64,000 nt of DNA from an uncultured Gemmatimonadales bacterium (GCA_963795085.1 CAWCFX010000001.1:1120001-1184000); one strand, 5' to 3'; shown: positions 37,643 to 49,011, numbered from the stretch's first letter. The notes: generated from the sequence alone by a model not told the origin. Program-made: numbers and translations.

Positions 37643-37965
37643 ATCCCAACAAGCACGCGGTGAAGGTGACGATCGGCGGCGAAGAGTACACCGTCAAGTC
37701 GGAGCTGCCGCCCGAGTATACCAAGGAGGTCGCGGCCTACGTGGACGCCGCCCTCAAGCGGGTCAAGGACATGGTCCCCATGGTGGAGAGCCACAAGGCC
37801 GCCATCCTGGCGGCGCTGGCCATCACCGACGAACTGTTCCAGGCCCGGCGGGGCGATCGCGAGATGGCCGCGCGGCTCAACACCGTCGCGGACGACCTTG
37901 CGCGCCTGCTGCCGCCCGCCAAGCGGGGCAGCCGCGCCTCCGGGACTTTCTCCATGAACGAATAG
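37639..37965 (+). CDS. zapA: Cell division protein ZapA
   Basis: VKVTIGGEEY, VAAYVD, AILAALAITDEL; pheT-zapA-rny synteny. Confidence 0.88.
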   Translation: MNPNKHAVKVTIGGEEYTVKSELPPEYTKEVAAYVDAALKRVKDMVPMVESHKAAILAALAITDELFQARRGDREMAARLNTVADDLARLLPPAKRGSRASGTFSMNE

Positions 37966-38025
37966 GGCAACACCATCCCGTCTCCCGACACCCCGGCGGT
38001 GCCGTCCGCCTGTTGGAGATAAATC

Positions 38026-39660
38026 ATGCTGCAACAAAACCTCCTCTTTCTTCTCGGCGGGTTGGCCGCGGGATTGTTGCTGGCCACCCTCGCCTCCCTG
38101 GCATATCACCGGGTCAAAGGCAGCACCGCCGCCGCGATGCTCAGCGCCGCCCGCGCCGACGCCGCCCGGATCCAGGTCGATGCCCGCCACGCGGCGGAGC
38201 GGACGGTGGCCGACTCGGCCCGCGAAATCGAAACCGTGCGGGCCGGCGCCCTGGTCGAGGGCAAGATGGCCACCCTCAAGCTCCGCGAAGAAGTCGAGCG
38301 GGAGGCCGCCAAGCGGAGGGAGGAACTCGACCGGCTCGATAAGCGGGCGCTGGAACGGGAACAGTCCCTGGACCGCCGGGGCCAGGAACTCAAGGAGCAG
38401 GAAAACCGGAACGCCGCCCGCGACGGCGATCTCCGCAAGCGAAGCCAGGAACAGGATGCGCGGCACCAGGTCCTGGAGGCTCGGCAGCAGGAACTGGAGA
38501 AGCTGGAGGGCGAGGAGCGCCGGCGGCTGGAGCGGGTGGCGGGTCTCTCGGTCGAAGATGCCCGGAGAGAGTTGATGCAGAAGGTCGAGGACCAGGCCCG
38601 CGGGGAGGCCGCGGCGCTGGCCCGGGACATCAAGGAACAGGCCCGCCGGTCGGCGGACAAGGACGCCAAGCGCATCCTGTCCATGGCCATCCAGCGGATT
38701 GCCGCCGAGCATACCGCGGAGAGCACCGTGGCCGCGGTCACCCTGCCCAATGACGAGATGAAGGGCCGCATCATCGGCCGGGAAGGCCGGAACATCCGCG
38801 CCTTCGAAACCGCGACCGGCGTGGACGTCATCATCGACGACACACCCGATACCGTGGTCATCTCCTGTTTCGATCCGATTCGCCGGGAAGTGGCCCGCCG
38901 GGCGCTGGAGGCGCTGATCGCCGATGGCCGGATCCATCCCGGCCGGATCGAGGAGGTGGTGCTCAAGCTGCAGGCCGAGATCGACGCCCAGCTGGTCGAA
39001 CTGGGGGAACAGGCCGCCTACGATGCCGGGGTCAACGGTCTCCATGCGGAGCTGATCAAGCTGATCGGCCGGATGCGCTACCGCACCTCGTACGGCCAGA
39101 ACCTGATGGAGCATTCCAAGGAGGTCGCCTGGCTGGCCGGCATCATGGCGGCGGAACTGAAAGTGGATGTCACCCTCGCCCGGCGGGGCGCGTTGCTCCA
39201 CGACATCGGCAAGGTGCTGACCCACGACCACGAGGGAACCCATGTCGAGCTGGGCGTGGAGGTGGCCCGCAAGTATGGCGAGAGCGCCCCGGTGATCAAC
39301 TGCATCCAGGCCCACCACGACGACGTGCCGCACGAGAGCACCGAGTCGGTGCTGGTGCAGGCGGCCGATGCCATCAGCGGCTCCCGCCCCGGCGCCCGGC
39401 GCGAAGCCTTCGAGAGCTACGTAAAGCGGCTCACCCGCCTGGAAGAGATCGCCAACGGCTTCGAGGGCGTCGAGAAGACCAGCGTCATCCAGGCGGGCCG
39501 CGAGATCCGGGTCGTGGTCCGGCCCGAGAAGGTGGACGATCTCGCCGCGCTGAGCCTGTCCGAAACCATTGCCCGCCGCATCGAAGGCGAGCTGCAGTAT
39601 CCCGGCCAGATCAAGGTGGTGGTGATCCGGGAAACCCGCGCCACAGACTACGCCCGGTGA
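38026..39660 (+). CDS. rny: Ribonuclease Y
   Basis: N-terminal TM and coiled coil, KH domain ([13 protein letters not shown]), HD domain (LLHDIGK). Confidence 0.97.
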   Translation: MLQQNLLFLLGGLAAGLLLATLASLAYHRVKGSTAAAMLSAARADAARIQVDARHAAERTVADSAREIETVRAGALVEGKMATLKLREEVEREAAKRREELDRLDKRALEREQSLDRRGQELKEQENRNAARDGDLRKRSQEQDARHQVLEARQQELEKLEGEERRRLERVAGLSVEDARRELMQKVEDQARGEAAALARDIKEQARRSADKDAKRILSMAIQRIAAEHTAESTVAAVTLPNDEMKGRIIGREGRNIRAFETATGVDVIIDDTPDTVVISCFDPIRREVARRALEALIADGRIHPGRIEEVVLKLQAEIDAQLVELGEQAAYDAGVNGLHAELIKLIGRMRYRTSYGQNLMEHSKEVAWLAGIMAAELKVDVTLARRGALLHDIGKVLTHDHEGTHVELGVEVARKYGESAPVINCIQAHHDDVPHESTESVLVQAADAISGSRPGARREAFESYVKRLTRLEEIANGFEGVEKTSVIQAGREIRVVVRPEKVDDLAALSLSETIARRIEGELQYPGQIKVVVIRETRATDYAR

Positions 39661-40544
39661 GCGCCCGGGTCATTGACGGCGTCGCCCTCGGCAAGGCGAT
39701 CCGCGCCGAGGTCGCCGCCGAGGTGGCCGGGCTCCGCCGGCAGGGGATCATCCCCGGCCTGGCGGTGGTGCTGGTCGGCGAGAACCCGGCGAGCCAGGTC
39801 TATGTGCGCAGCAAGGGCAAGGCCTGCGAAGAGGCCGGCATGCACTCGGTCACCCTCCGGCTGCCGGCGGAGACCAGCGAGGCCGAGCTGCTGGCCACCG
39901 TGGACCGGCTCAACGCCGATCCGGCCATCCACGGCATGCTGGTGCAGCTGCCGCTGCCCAGGCATATCAACAGCGACAAGGTGATTCACCGGATCAGCCC
40001 GGCGAAGGATGTGGACGGATTTCACCCGGTCAACGTCGGTAAACTGGTGCTCGGGGATCCGACCGGGTTCCGGCCGGCCACGCCGTACGGCGTGCAGCAG
40101 ATGCTGATCCGCTCCGGCGTGGAAACAAAAGGCGCCCACGTCGTGGTGGTGGGCCGCTCGGCCATCGTGGGCAAGCCGATGGCCAGCCTGCTGATCCAGG
40201 ACGGGCCGGGCGGCAACGCCACCGTCACCGTCTGCCATTCCCGCTCCCGGGACCTCCCGTCCATCACCCGGGGCGCCGACATTCTGGTGGTCGCCATCGG
40301 CAAGCCGGAGTTCGTCACCGGCGGCATGGTCAAGCCGGGCGCGGTGGTGATCGACGTCGGCATCAACCGGGTGGACGATGCCGCCCAGCCCAGAGGCTAC
40401 CGGCTCTGCGGCGACGTGAACTACGCCGAAGCGGCCGAGGTCGCCTCCGCCATTACCCCGGTACCGGGCGGCGTCGGCCCGATGACGATCGCGATGCTGC
40501 TCCGGAACACCCTGCAGGGAGTACAGCAGGCGATTCGCGATTAG
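39657..40544 (+). CDS. folD: Bifunctional methylene-THF dehydrogenase/cyclohydrolase
   Basis: [33 protein letters not shown]. Confidence 0.97.
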   Translation: MSARVIDGVALGKAIRAEVAAEVAGLRRQGIIPGLAVVLVGENPASQVYVRSKGKACEEAGMHSVTLRLPAETSEAELLATVDRLNADPAIHGMLVQLPLPRHINSDKVIHRISPAKDVDGFHPVNVGKLVLGDPTGFRPATPYGVQQMLIRSGVETKGAHVVVVGRSAIVGKPMASLLIQDGPGGNATVTVCHSRSRDLPSITRGADILVVAIGKPEFVTGGMVKPGAVVIDVGINRVDDAAQPRGYRLCGDVNYAEAAEVASAITPVPGGVGPMTIAMLLRNTLQGVQQAIRD

Positions 40545-40594
40545 CGTGGTCAGCCCATGACTGATCGCCAATCTGCCTGACTGGTTGCCCGCCT

Positions 40595-41749
40595 ATGTCG
40601 CATTCGCTGCCCCTCTTCGATGCCCCCCTCGATGGCGCCGTGTCGGTGACCGCGGTCGCCCGGGCCGCCCGCCGGTCCATCGAGGGAAACCTGGGGCCGC
40701 TCTGGATCCGGGGCGAGGTCTGCGGGCTGAAGGCCTATTCCTCGGGCCACTGGTATTTCTCGATTCGGGACGCGGAATCCCAGATTCGCTGTGTGATGTG
40801 GCGGACCTATGCCCAGCAGGTACGGCCCCGGCCGGAGGAAGGCACCGAGGCGTTTATCTTTGCCAGCCCGACCGTGTGGGAGGAGAAGGGCGAGTTCCGG
40901 CTCAACGTGACCCGGATGATCCCCACGGCGGGAATCGGCGGCCATTCGAAAGAGTACGAGCGGGTCAAGGCGCTGCTGGAAGCCGATGGACTGTTTGATC
41001 CGGCGCGGAAGCGCCCGCTTCCCGACATGGCCACCTGTATCGCGGTGGTCACCAGCACCGACGGGGCGGCGCTCCGGGACATCGTGACCGTCACCCGGAA
41101 ACGGTGGCCCGCGGTGCGGCTCATCGTGGTGCCGGCCCGGGTCCAGGGCGAGACCGCGGAGGCCGAGCTGGTCCAGGCGCTCGGCCGGGTAAACCGGATC
41201 CGGCCCGCGGAACTGTGCATCATCGGCCGGGGCGGGGGCGCCAAGGAGGACCTGCTGGTCTTCAACCGCGAGTCGGTGTGCCGGGCGCTGGCGGAAGTGC
41301 GCATCCCCACCATCTCGGCGGTGGGGCACGAGACCGATGTGACCCTCAGTGACTTCGTGGCCGACGTGCGGGCCGCCACCCCCTCGGCCGCCGCCGAGAT
41401 GGCGGTGCGGGACCGCAACGAGATCGACGCCCGGGTGCAGACCATCGCGTCCCGGCTGGCGAACGGGCTCACCCGCCATACCCGGGTGACCGCGGAACGG
41501 CTGCACCGCACCGACGACCGGATGCTGGCCGCGGTGACCCGCCACCGGGAGCACCACCACCGCCGCCTGGACCAACTCGGCTCCCAGCTCGATGCGCTGA
41601 GCCCGTTGCGGGTGCTGGAGCGGGGGTACAGCGTGGCGCGGAACGGCGAAGGGCGGGTGCTGCGCCGTTCGGCCGATTTTTCGCCGGGACTTTCTTTTAC
41701 CCTGCGGGTCCAGGACGGCGACGTCCCGGCCCGCGTGAACGACCTATGA
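40595..41749 (+). CDS. xseA: Exodeoxyribonuclease VII large subunit
   Basis: SGHWYF, GRGGG, SAVGHETD, RAATPSAAA, LERGY. Confidence 0.95.
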   Translation: MSHSLPLFDAPLDGAVSVTAVARAARRSIEGNLGPLWIRGEVCGLKAYSSGHWYFSIRDAESQIRCVMWRTYAQQVRPRPEEGTEAFIFASPTVWEEKGEFRLNVTRMIPTAGIGGHSKEYERVKALLEADGLFDPARKRPLPDMATCIAVVTSTDGAALRDIVTVTRKRWPAVRLIVVPARVQGETAEAELVQALGRVNRIRPAELCIIGRGGGAKEDLLVFNRESVCRALAEVRIPTISAVGHETDVTLSDFVADVRAATPSAAAEMAVRDRNEIDARVQTIASRLANGLTRHTRVTAERLHRTDDRMLAAVTRHREHHHRRLDQLGSQLDALSPLRVLERGYSVARNGEGRVLRRSADFSPGLSFTLRVQDGDVPARVNDL

Positions 41750-41982
41750 CCGATCCATCCGCGACACCGGTGTCCCTGCAGGACGAACTCCGCCGGCTGG
41801 AGGAAATCGTCCGCCGCCTGGAGACGAATGATCTCGACCTCGATGCCGCGCTGGCCCTCTTCGAGGAAGGCATCACCCGGCTCCGCGGCGCCCGGGAGCG
41901 GCTCCAGGACGCCGAGGTGCGAATCCAGCGGGTGCTGGAGCGGGCGGACGGCACCCTGGAACTGCGCAATATGAAGGAGTAA
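41746..41982 (+). CDS. xseB: Exodeoxyribonuclease VII small subunit
   Basis: LEEIVRRLE..DLDLDAALALFEEG. Confidence 0.93.
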   Translation: MTDPSATPVSLQDELRRLEEIVRRLETNDLDLDAALALFEEGITRLRGARERLQDAEVRIQRVLERADGTLELRNMKE

Positions 41983-41991
41983 GGCCGGCCG

Positions 41992-42345
41992 ATGGATGAT
42001 CTCGAAGCCGCGGCCCTGCCAATGCGAGTGCTGGCCCCCCTGCTGCCGCTCGTGGCGGCCGTACTGGCGGGAACCCGCCGGCACCTGGTACGCCGCTTTC
42101 AGAGGGAAGGCGCGTTCGAGGAAGCGCGGTCCCTGGCCCTGCCGCCGATGACGCCGGTGCACCGCTGGTGGCTGCGGCGGCTGGCCGGCGCCGGGGTCAT
42201 CCGGCCCGGCCCCCGGGAGACGTGGTGGCTCGACCGCGAGGCCTGGGGGCGGTACCGGTCGGTCCGCCGCCGCCGGGCGCTTGTCGTCGTGCTGGCGCTG
42301 ATCGTGATGGTCGCCGTGTTATGGTTCTCCGGATTCTTTGCATAA
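41992..42345 (+). CDS. Hypothetical membrane protein
   Basis: Hydrophobic N- and C-terminal segments. Confidence 0.6.
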   Translation: MDDLEAAALPMRVLAPLLPLVAAVLAGTRRHLVRRFQREGAFEEARSLALPPMTPVHRWWLRRLAGAGVIRPGPRETWWLDREAWGRYRSVRRRRALVVVLALIVMVAVLWFSGFFA

Positions 42346-42374
42346 CCTTCTCAACTCCCACCAGGAAACGAATC

Positions 42375-42908
42375 ATGCGTACAACCACCGCTCTGGCCCT
42401 GTTGCTGGCCGCATCCACCGCGGCCCCGCTGTCCGCCCAAGGCGCCCCGCCCTCCGGAGGTGTCGCGACCAGCCGCGCTCTCTGGGAGCAGATCACCGGC
42501 TACATCACCACCGCCGCCGAAGAGCTTCCCGAGGCCACCTACGGCTTCAAGCCCACGCCGGAGGTCCGCAGCTTCGGCCAGCTGATCGGCCATATTGCCG
42601 GCGCCCAGAACCTCATCTGCGCCGCCGCGCTGGGAGAGCCAGCCCGGTCCGAGGACGAAATCGAGAAAAGCCAGACCACCAAGGCGGGCCTGGTCGCCGC
42701 CCTCAAGGCGTCCACCGAGTACTGCGCCCGGGCCTACCGGCAGACCGATGCGCAGGCCGCCGCCGCCGCCCAGCTCTTCGGCATGAACCAGACCCGGATG
42801 TACGCCCTGATGCTCAATGCCACCCACAATGGCGAGCACTACGGCAACATTGTGACGTATCTCCGGATGAACAAGATCGTCCCGCCCTCCAGCCGCCAGG
42901 GGATGTAG
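42375..42908 (+). CDS. Secreted DinB-family protein
   Basis: Signal peptide; FKPTPEVRSFGQLIGH, HNGEHYGNIVTYLR..IVPPS. Confidence 0.88.
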   Translation: MRTTTALALLLAASTAAPLSAQGAPPSGGVATSRALWEQITGYITTAAEELPEATYGFKPTPEVRSFGQLIGHIAGAQNLICAAALGEPARSEDEIEKSQTTKAGLVAALKASTEYCARAYRQTDAQAAAAAQLFGMNQTRMYALMLNATHNGEHYGNIVTYLRMNKIVPPSSRQGM

Positions 42909-43058
42909 GCCGGCCGGAATGCCCGGAGTTCAACACCCGCGAGCCCCGATCACGGTACCCCGGGGCGGAGACCGCCACGGGGTTGAGGCTCCGGCCGGCG
43001 CGCGGGGGCTCCGTTCTCTCCGCACTCCGGTCCTGGTGTGCACACCGGTGTCCGTTTG

Positions 43059-43976
43059 ATGGCCACCGCGGATCCACCCCTGGCGTCACCGGAGTTCCTG
43101 CTGGGCGAGGCCCGCACCGCTACCGACGCGATCCTGGCGGAGTGGTCCGGCCGGCTGGCCCGGCGTTTCCCCGGCCTGGATGGGCCTGCCATTGCCTACG
43201 CGCTGGCCAGCCCGGGCAAACGGGTGCGCGCGGCGCTGGTGCTGGCATCCTATCGCGCCGTGGGGGGAACCTCGCCCGCCATCGCCGGCGTGGCAGCGGC
43301 GGTCGAGACGGTGCACACCTACTCACTGATTCATGATGACCTGCCCTGCATGGACGACGACGACCTGCGGCGGGGACGGCCCACCACGCACCGGGCCTTC
43401 GACGTTCCCACCGCGACCCGGGTCGGGTTCCTCCTGGTCCCGGTCGCGGCGCTGGTGCTGAGCCGGGCCTCCGGCGAACTGGGGTTGGACGCCGCGCCCC
43501 TGGGCCGGATGGCGGCCACCCTGTTCCAGGCCGGCGGCATCGAAGGGATGGTCGGCGGCCAGTGGATGGACCTCGAGGCGGAGCAGCGGGCGCTGAACCT
43601 GGAGGAACTGACCACGGTCCACCGCGGCAAGACCGGGGCGCTGATTCGGGCCGCCTGCATCCTGGGCGCCCAGGCGGGCCTGGCCGGGCCCGGCCAGCTG
43701 GCCGCCCTCTCAGGCTTCGGCGAAGACATCGGGCTTGCGTTTCAGATCGCCGATGACGTACTCGACGTGACCGGCACCAGCGACGAACTGGGCAAGACCG
43801 CCGGGCGGGACGAAGCGCTGCAGAAGTCCACCTTCGTACGGCTGATGGGCGTGGAAGCGGCCCGCGAGGAGGCCGCCCGGCTGGCCCGCCGGGCGACCGG
43901 CCACCTGGCCGGCGCCGGTATCGCGTCTGGTTCGCTCATGGCGCTGGGTGACTATATTGTAACTCGACGCTCATAA
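43059..43976 (+). CDS. ispA: Farnesyl/geranyl diphosphate synthase
   Basis: SLIHDDLPCMDDDDLRRG, KTGAL, FQIADDVLD, GKTAGRD. Confidence 0.93.
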   Translation: MATADPPLASPEFLLGEARTATDAILAEWSGRLARRFPGLDGPAIAYALASPGKRVRAALVLASYRAVGGTSPAIAGVAAAVETVHTYSLIHDDLPCMDDDDLRRGRPTTHRAFDVPTATRVGFLLVPVAALVLSRASGELGLDAAPLGRMAATLFQAGGIEGMVGGQWMDLEAEQRALNLEELTTVHRGKTGALIRAACILGAQAGLAGPGQLAALSGFGEDIGLAFQIADDVLDVTGTSDELGKTAGRDEALQKSTFVRLMGVEAAREEAARLARRATGHLAGAGIASGSLMALGDYIVTRRS

Positions 43977-43995
43977 GGAACGACAAGGAACCCGC

Positions 43996-45891
43996 ATGAG
44001 TCTGCTCGCTGCGATCACATCCCCTGCCGACCTCAAACAACTCTCCCGGGACGACCTGATCGCCCTGGCCGCCGAGATCCGGGAACGGCTGATCGAGTGC
44101 TGCTCGGTCACCGGCGGCCACATCGGCGCCAGCCTGGGTGTCGTCGAGCTCTCCATCGCGCTGCTCCGCGAATTCGATTCGCCCCAGGACAAGATCGTCT
44201 GGGACGTCGGCCACCAGGCCTACGCCTGGAAGCTGCTTACCGGCCGCAACGAGCGATTCAGCACCCTCCGGCAGACCGGCGGCATCTCCGGGTTCCTCAA
44301 GCGGGACGAAAACGAGCACGACCAGTTTGGCGCCGGCCACGCGGGCACCGCGATGTCGGCCGCCCTGGGCATGGCCACCGCCCGGGATCTCAAGGGCGAG
44401 AAGCACAAGGTGGTGGCCATCGTCGGCGATGGGGCCCTGACCTCGGGCCTCTCCTACGAGGGAATGAACAACGCCGGGCACTCCGACCGGGATATCATCC
44501 TGATCGTCAACGACAACGGGATGAGCATCTCGCCCAACGTCGGGGCCATCTCCAAGATGCTGGGCCGCATCGTCGCCAACCCCGCCACCAACCGGGTCCG
44601 CGAGGGCATCAAGAGCGTGACCCAGAAGCTGGGGGACGTCTTCGGGCAGGGCGTGGTCGAATTCGCCCGTAACGTGGAAGAGAGCGCCAAGAACCTGTTC
44701 TCGGCCGGGATGCTCTTCGAGGAACTGGGCTATCGCTATTTCGGTCCCTTCGACGGCCACGACCTGCCCAAGCTGCTCGACACGTTCCAGTTCGTGAAGC
44801 CGATGACGGGACCCCGGGTCATTCACATCATCACCGAGAAGGGCAAGGGGTTCGCCCATGCGGAATCCAATCGGGAAAAGTGGCACGGGCTCGCCGCCTA
44901 CGACCCGGTCACCGGCGAGGCCCGCAAGAAAGCCAGCGGCCCGGCGACCTGGACCCAGGTCTTCGGCGAAGGCCTGACCGGCCTCGCCGCCGAGTACCCC
45001 GGCCTGCTTGCCATCACGGCCGCCATGCCCTCCGGCACCGGCACCAGCATCTTCCAGAAGACATGGCCGGGCCGCTTCTTCGACGTGGGCATTGCGGAGG
45101 GACATGCGGTCACCTTTGCCGCCGGGCTCGCGACCCAGGGGTTCCGGCCGGTGTGCGCCATCTACAGCACCTTTCTGCAGCGGGCCTACGACAACATCAT
45201 CCACGACGTGGCGGTGCAGAAGCTGCCGGTGGTCTTCGCCATGGACCGCGCCGGCCTGGTGGGCGAGGACGGGCAGACCCACATGGGCCTGTACGACATT
45301 GCCTACATGCTGGCCGTGCCCGGCATGACCGTCTCCGCGCCCCGGGATGGCGACGAGTTGATCGGCCTGCTCCGCACCGCCATGGCGCACGACGGCCCCT
45401 TCGCCACCCGCTACCCGCGGGACAAGGCGCCCCGGGAGCCTCGACCCGTCGCCGAGATCCCGGCGGTGCCCTACGGCACCTGGGAGACCCTGCGGTCCGG
45501 GTCCGACATCGCGATCCTGGCGGTGGGCACCATGGTGGACCCCAGCCTGGGCGCGGCGGCGCACCTGGAGACTGAAGGCGTGGACTGCACCGTGGTCAAC
45601 TGCCGCTTCATCAAGCCGATGGATACCGCGCTGCTGGAAACCATCGTCGCCCAGCACCGCACCCTGATTACGGTGGAAGAGGGCACCGTGGTGAACGGGT
45701 TCGGCGCCCATCTCGCGGAACGGATGCAGACCACCCACCCCGAAGTCCGGGTGGTGGCTCTCGGTGTCCCCGACCGGCTGATCGAGCAGGCCCCCCGCGC
45801 CGAGCAGCTGGAGACCTTCGGGCTCACCCCGGGCGGGATCGCCCGCCGGATCCTGGCGCTGCATCGCGAGGAGAGTCTCGAGCCACGATGA
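43996..45891 (+). CDS. dxs: 1-deoxy-D-xylulose-5-phosphate synthase
   Basis: WDVGHQAY, GDGA..., DVGIAEGH, YSTFLQRAYD, DRAG. Confidence 0.97.
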   Translation: MSLLAAITSPADLKQLSRDDLIALAAEIRERLIECCSVTGGHIGASLGVVELSIALLREFDSPQDKIVWDVGHQAYAWKLLTGRNERFSTLRQTGGISGFLKRDENEHDQFGAGHAGTAMSAALGMATARDLKGEKHKVVAIVGDGALTSGLSYEGMNNAGHSDRDIILIVNDNGMSISPNVGAISKMLGRIVANPATNRVREGIKSVTQKLGDVFGQGVVEFARNVEESAKNLFSAGMLFEELGYRYFGPFDGHDLPKLLDTFQFVKPMTGPRVIHIITEKGKGFAHAESNREKWHGLAAYDPVTGEARKKASGPATWTQVFGEGLTGLAAEYPGLLAITAAMPSGTGTSIFQKTWPGRFFDVGIAEGHAVTFAAGLATQGFRPVCAIYSTFLQRAYDNIIHDVAVQKLPVVFAMDRAGLVGEDGQTHMGLYDIAYMLAVPGMTVSAPRDGDELIGLLRTAMAHDGPFATRYPRDKAPREPRPVAEIPAVPYGTWETLRSGSDIAILAVGTMVDPSLGAAAHLETEGVDCTVVNCRFIKPMDTALLETIVAQHRTLITVEEGTVVNGFGAHLAERMQTTHPEVRVVALGVPDRLIEQAPRAEQLETFGLTPGGIARRILALHREESLEPR

Positions 45892-46751
45892 ACGTCGGCG
45901 TCGTCGGCAACCCGCGGTACAAGGACCTCAAGGCCGTGCTGAGCCAGCTCACGGCCGGGGCTGCCTCCCGCGGGTTTTCCTTTTTCGCCGAGCCGTCGCT
46001 GACCACGACGTGGGACGTACCCTCCCTCGACGGGGTGCCGCTCACCTTCCTCCTGACCCTCGGCGGTGATGGCACGCTGCTGCGCGGCGCCCGGCTGCTC
46101 CAGGGCCGGGACATCCCCATCCTCGGCGTCAACATGGGGCGGGTCGGGTTTCTCACCACGGCGACGGCCGATCAGCTGGAACCGGCCCTCGATGCCCTCG
46201 TCAGCGGCGCCTATATCGTGGAGCGGCGGCTGGCGCTCGCGGTGTCCATCATCGGCGATGACGGGATCGCCCGAAGCCAGCAGCATGCCCTGAACGATGT
46301 CGTAGTCCACAAGGGCGGGGTCGCCCGGGTGGTCCGGATGAACGTCGTGATCGAAGGCGAGGAAGTCGGCCCCTACAGCGCCGACGGCATCATCATCGCG
46401 ACCCCGACCGGTTCCACCGCGTATTCGCTGAGTGCCGGCGGCCCCATCCTGGTGCCCGGGGTGGAATCCATCGTCATCACGCCCATCTGTGCCCACACCC
46501 TGGCGGTGCGTCCCATCGTGGTCCCCGGCCGGTTTACCATCAACATCGAACCGGTGGCCCCCTGGGCCGATGACCTGCTGGTCTCCTATGACGGCCAGGT
46601 CGGCACCACCCTTTCCAGCGGCGACCGGGTCATCATCCGGCGCGCCCCCACCGACGTCCACCTGGTCCGGCTGGGCCCCGGCGGATTCCTCACCCGGATG
46701 CGGAAGAAGCTGCAGTGGGGCGACCTCTCCGGCCGGGAAGACGCCCGGTGA
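45888..46751 (+). CDS. nadK: NAD kinase
   Basis: LGGDGTLL, LND, ATPTGSTAYSLSAGGP. Confidence 0.95.
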   Translation: MNVGVVGNPRYKDLKAVLSQLTAGAASRGFSFFAEPSLTTTWDVPSLDGVPLTFLLTLGGDGTLLRGARLLQGRDIPILGVNMGRVGFLTTATADQLEPALDALVSGAYIVERRLALAVSIIGDDGIARSQQHALNDVVVHKGGVARVVRMNVVIEGEEVGPYSADGIIIATPTGSTAYSLSAGGPILVPGVESIVITPICAHTLAVRPIVVPGRFTINIEPVAPWADDLLVSYDGQVGTTLSSGDRVIIRRAPTDVHLVRLGPGGFLTRMRKKLQWGDLSGREDAR

Positions 46752-48421
46752 TCGTCGAGCTGCGGGTCCGCGATCTCGCCACCATCGCCGATGTCACGCT
46801 GGAATTCGGCGATGGGCTCAACGTCCTCTCCGGCGAGACCGGGGCCGGCAAATCCATGATGGTGGACGCGCTGGCCCTGTTGCTGGGCGAGCGGGCCGAC
46901 AGCCAGCTGGTCCGCCCGGGGACCGCCCGGACGGTGGTCGAGGGGGCGTTCGAGGTGGCCAGTGCCAGGGTGCGGGGCCAGGTCGAGGAACTGGGGCTCG
47001 ATTTCGACGAGCATCGGCTGGTGGTCCGGCGGGAAGTGCAGTCCGGAGGGCGTTCCCGGGCCTGGATCAACGGCAGTCCTACTACCGCCTCGGTGCTGGC
47101 GCAGGTCGGCGCCCTGCTGGTAGATCTGCATGGCCAGCACGAGACCCAGTCGCTGCTCCGCCCCGAGGCTCAGCGCGATATCCTGGACGCGTACGCCCAT
47201 GCCTCGGCCGAGCGTGCCGCCGTGGCCGAGGCGCATGCGGCCCTGCGCCGGCTGGTAGACAGCGAGGCGGAGCTGGCCGCCCGCCGGGACGAAGTACGCC
47301 GGCGGGCCGATTATCTCCGGCACGTGGTCCAGGAGATCGACGGGGCCCGGCTCCGGCCCGGGGAAGACGAGAGCCTGGAACTGGAATCCCGGCGGTTGAG
47401 CCATGCCGTGCAACTGGGCGAATCGGCCGCCCGGCTGGCCGCCGCGCTGGATGGCGGCGAGGGCGATGCGCTGAGTGCGCTGGCCCAGGCCGATCGCGCG
47501 CTGGGCGGGCTCGAAAAAGTAGATCCCGCCGTGGCCCCGTGGCGGGAGATGCTCGATGCCGCCTATGCCAACCTCACCGAGCTGAGCCGCGCCGCCGCCG
47601 ACTACGCCGGCCAGGTCCAGGAAGATCCTTCCCGGCTGGCCGAAGTGGAGCAGCGCCGCGATCTGTTGTTCCGGCTGGGCCAGAAATACGGCGCATCGCT
47701 GGCCGCCATCCTGGCGACCCGGGAGTCCGCCGCGGGTGAGCTTGACCTGCTCGATACGGCGGACCTCGATCTCAGGGCCATCGCGGCCCGCCGGGTGGCG
47801 GCGTCGGCCGCCCTGGCGACGGCGGCTGCGAGTCTGACCGACAAGCGGAAAGAGGCGGCGGGCCGCCTGGCCCGGGGAGTCAACCGGCTGCTGGCGAGCC
47901 TGGGCCTGGCAGGGGGAAAGCTGAGCGTGGCGCTGGACCCGCTGGCGGAACCGGGCCTCCACGGTCAGGAGGACGTCACCTTCCTGGTGGCGTTGAACGC
48001 CGGCCTGGAGCCGCGGGCGCTGGCCCGCTCCGCCTCGGGCGGCGAGTTATCCCGGCTGATGCTGGCGCTGAAGGTGGTGCTGGCGGGACACGATGCCATC
48101 CCCACCCTGATCTTCGACGAAGTGGACCAGGGGATCGGCGGCGAGATCGGCAGCCAGGTGGCCGATGCCCTGGCCGAGGTGGCGAACAAGCACCAGGTGC
48201 TGGTGATAACCCATCTGCCCCAGATCGCCGCGCGGGCGGACCGTCACCTGCTGGTGTCCAAGGAGACTCGCGGCGGCATGGCGACCAGCAGCGTGGAGGT
48301 GATTCACGGCGAAGACCGGGTGGCGGAACTGGCCCGGATGCTGGGTGACCCCGACGGCGCCGAATCCCGAAAGCACGCCCAGGCCATGCTGGGCCGGACC
48401 GCCCGCCGAGCCCGGGCCTAG
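46748..48421 (+). CDS. recN: DNA repair protein RecN
   Basis: GETGAGKS, LHGQH, ASGGELSR, FDEVD, ITHLPQ. Confidence 0.96.
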   Translation: MIVELRVRDLATIADVTLEFGDGLNVLSGETGAGKSMMVDALALLLGERADSQLVRPGTARTVVEGAFEVASARVRGQVEELGLDFDEHRLVVRREVQSGGRSRAWINGSPTTASVLAQVGALLVDLHGQHETQSLLRPEAQRDILDAYAHASAERAAVAEAHAALRRLVDSEAELAARRDEVRRRADYLRHVVQEIDGARLRPGEDESLELESRRLSHAVQLGESAARLAAALDGGEGDALSALAQADRALGGLEKVDPAVAPWREMLDAAYANLTELSRAAADYAGQVQEDPSRLAEVEQRRDLLFRLGQKYGASLAAILATRESAAGELDLLDTADLDLRAIAARRVAASAALATAAASLTDKRKEAAGRLARGVNRLLASLGLAGGKLSVALDPLAEPGLHGQEDVTFLVALNAGLEPRALARSASGGELSRLMLALKVVLAGHDAIPTLIFDEVDQGIGGEIGSQVADALAEVANKHQVLVITHLPQIAARADRHLLVSKETRGGMATSSVEVIHGEDRVAELARMLGDPDGAESRKHAQAMLGRTARRARA

Positions 48422-49002
48422 GAGTCGAGGACCGCCGCCAGCTCGGGATCGTCCAGCCAGACCACCGAGGCCGACACCCGGAACCGGCCGCTGGCCATGA
48501 TGCACTGCCCGGCCCGGTTCAGGTCCATGGCCGGGTACGCCGCCGGGTGTACTTCGAAAAACACGTCCTCCCCGCTGTCGCCGTCCAGCATGTCGATCAG
48601 CAGCTTGCCAGCCTTGAGCTTGACCGCCGACTTGATCTCTCCGATACACGTCACCGGATAGCCCAGGAAGCTGTCGATCAGGTCCTCCCGCTGAGTGGCC
48701 GGAGCGCGGCGGACTTTGCTGAGCACTTCCTGCAGCCGGGGGCGGGGGTTCTGGAGGGCCAGCACCGCGAGATCGCTGCGGGGCTGGGAAGGCAGGGCGA
48801 GGGTGTGCTCGGGCCGCTTGAGTGACGAGGGAGTGATCCGGGGTTCCGGGGGCGGCTGGGGCGGGAGCACCACCTCGGCGGCCGGGGGCGGCGTCCGGCG
48901 CCGGGTCATGATCCGGGCCACGATGCCGACGAGTATCGTGACGACGACGATACCGCCAGCCAGGGCGAGCCACTCCTCGTTCTCTACGATCCAGTTCATC
49001 AT
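48418..49002 (-). CDS. Hypothetical membrane-anchored protein (possible OB-fold)
   Basis: N-terminal TM, Pro-rich linker, beta-rich C-terminus. Confidence 0.65.
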   Translation of the reverse strand: MMNWIVENEEWLALAGGIVVVTILVGIVARIMTRRRTPPPAAEVVLPPQPPPEPRITPSSLKRPEHTLALPSQPRSDLAVLALQNPRPRLQEVLSKVRRAPATQREDLIDSFLGYPVTCIGEIKSAVKLKAGKLLIDMLDGDSGEDVFFEVHPAAYPAMDLNRAGQCIMASGRFRVSASVVWLDDPELAAVLDS

Positions 49003-49011
49003 AGGGGTAAT

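Noticed and set aside
37966..38025. 6S RNA downstream of zapA
   Set aside because: The gap is only 60 bp, too short for 6S RNA.
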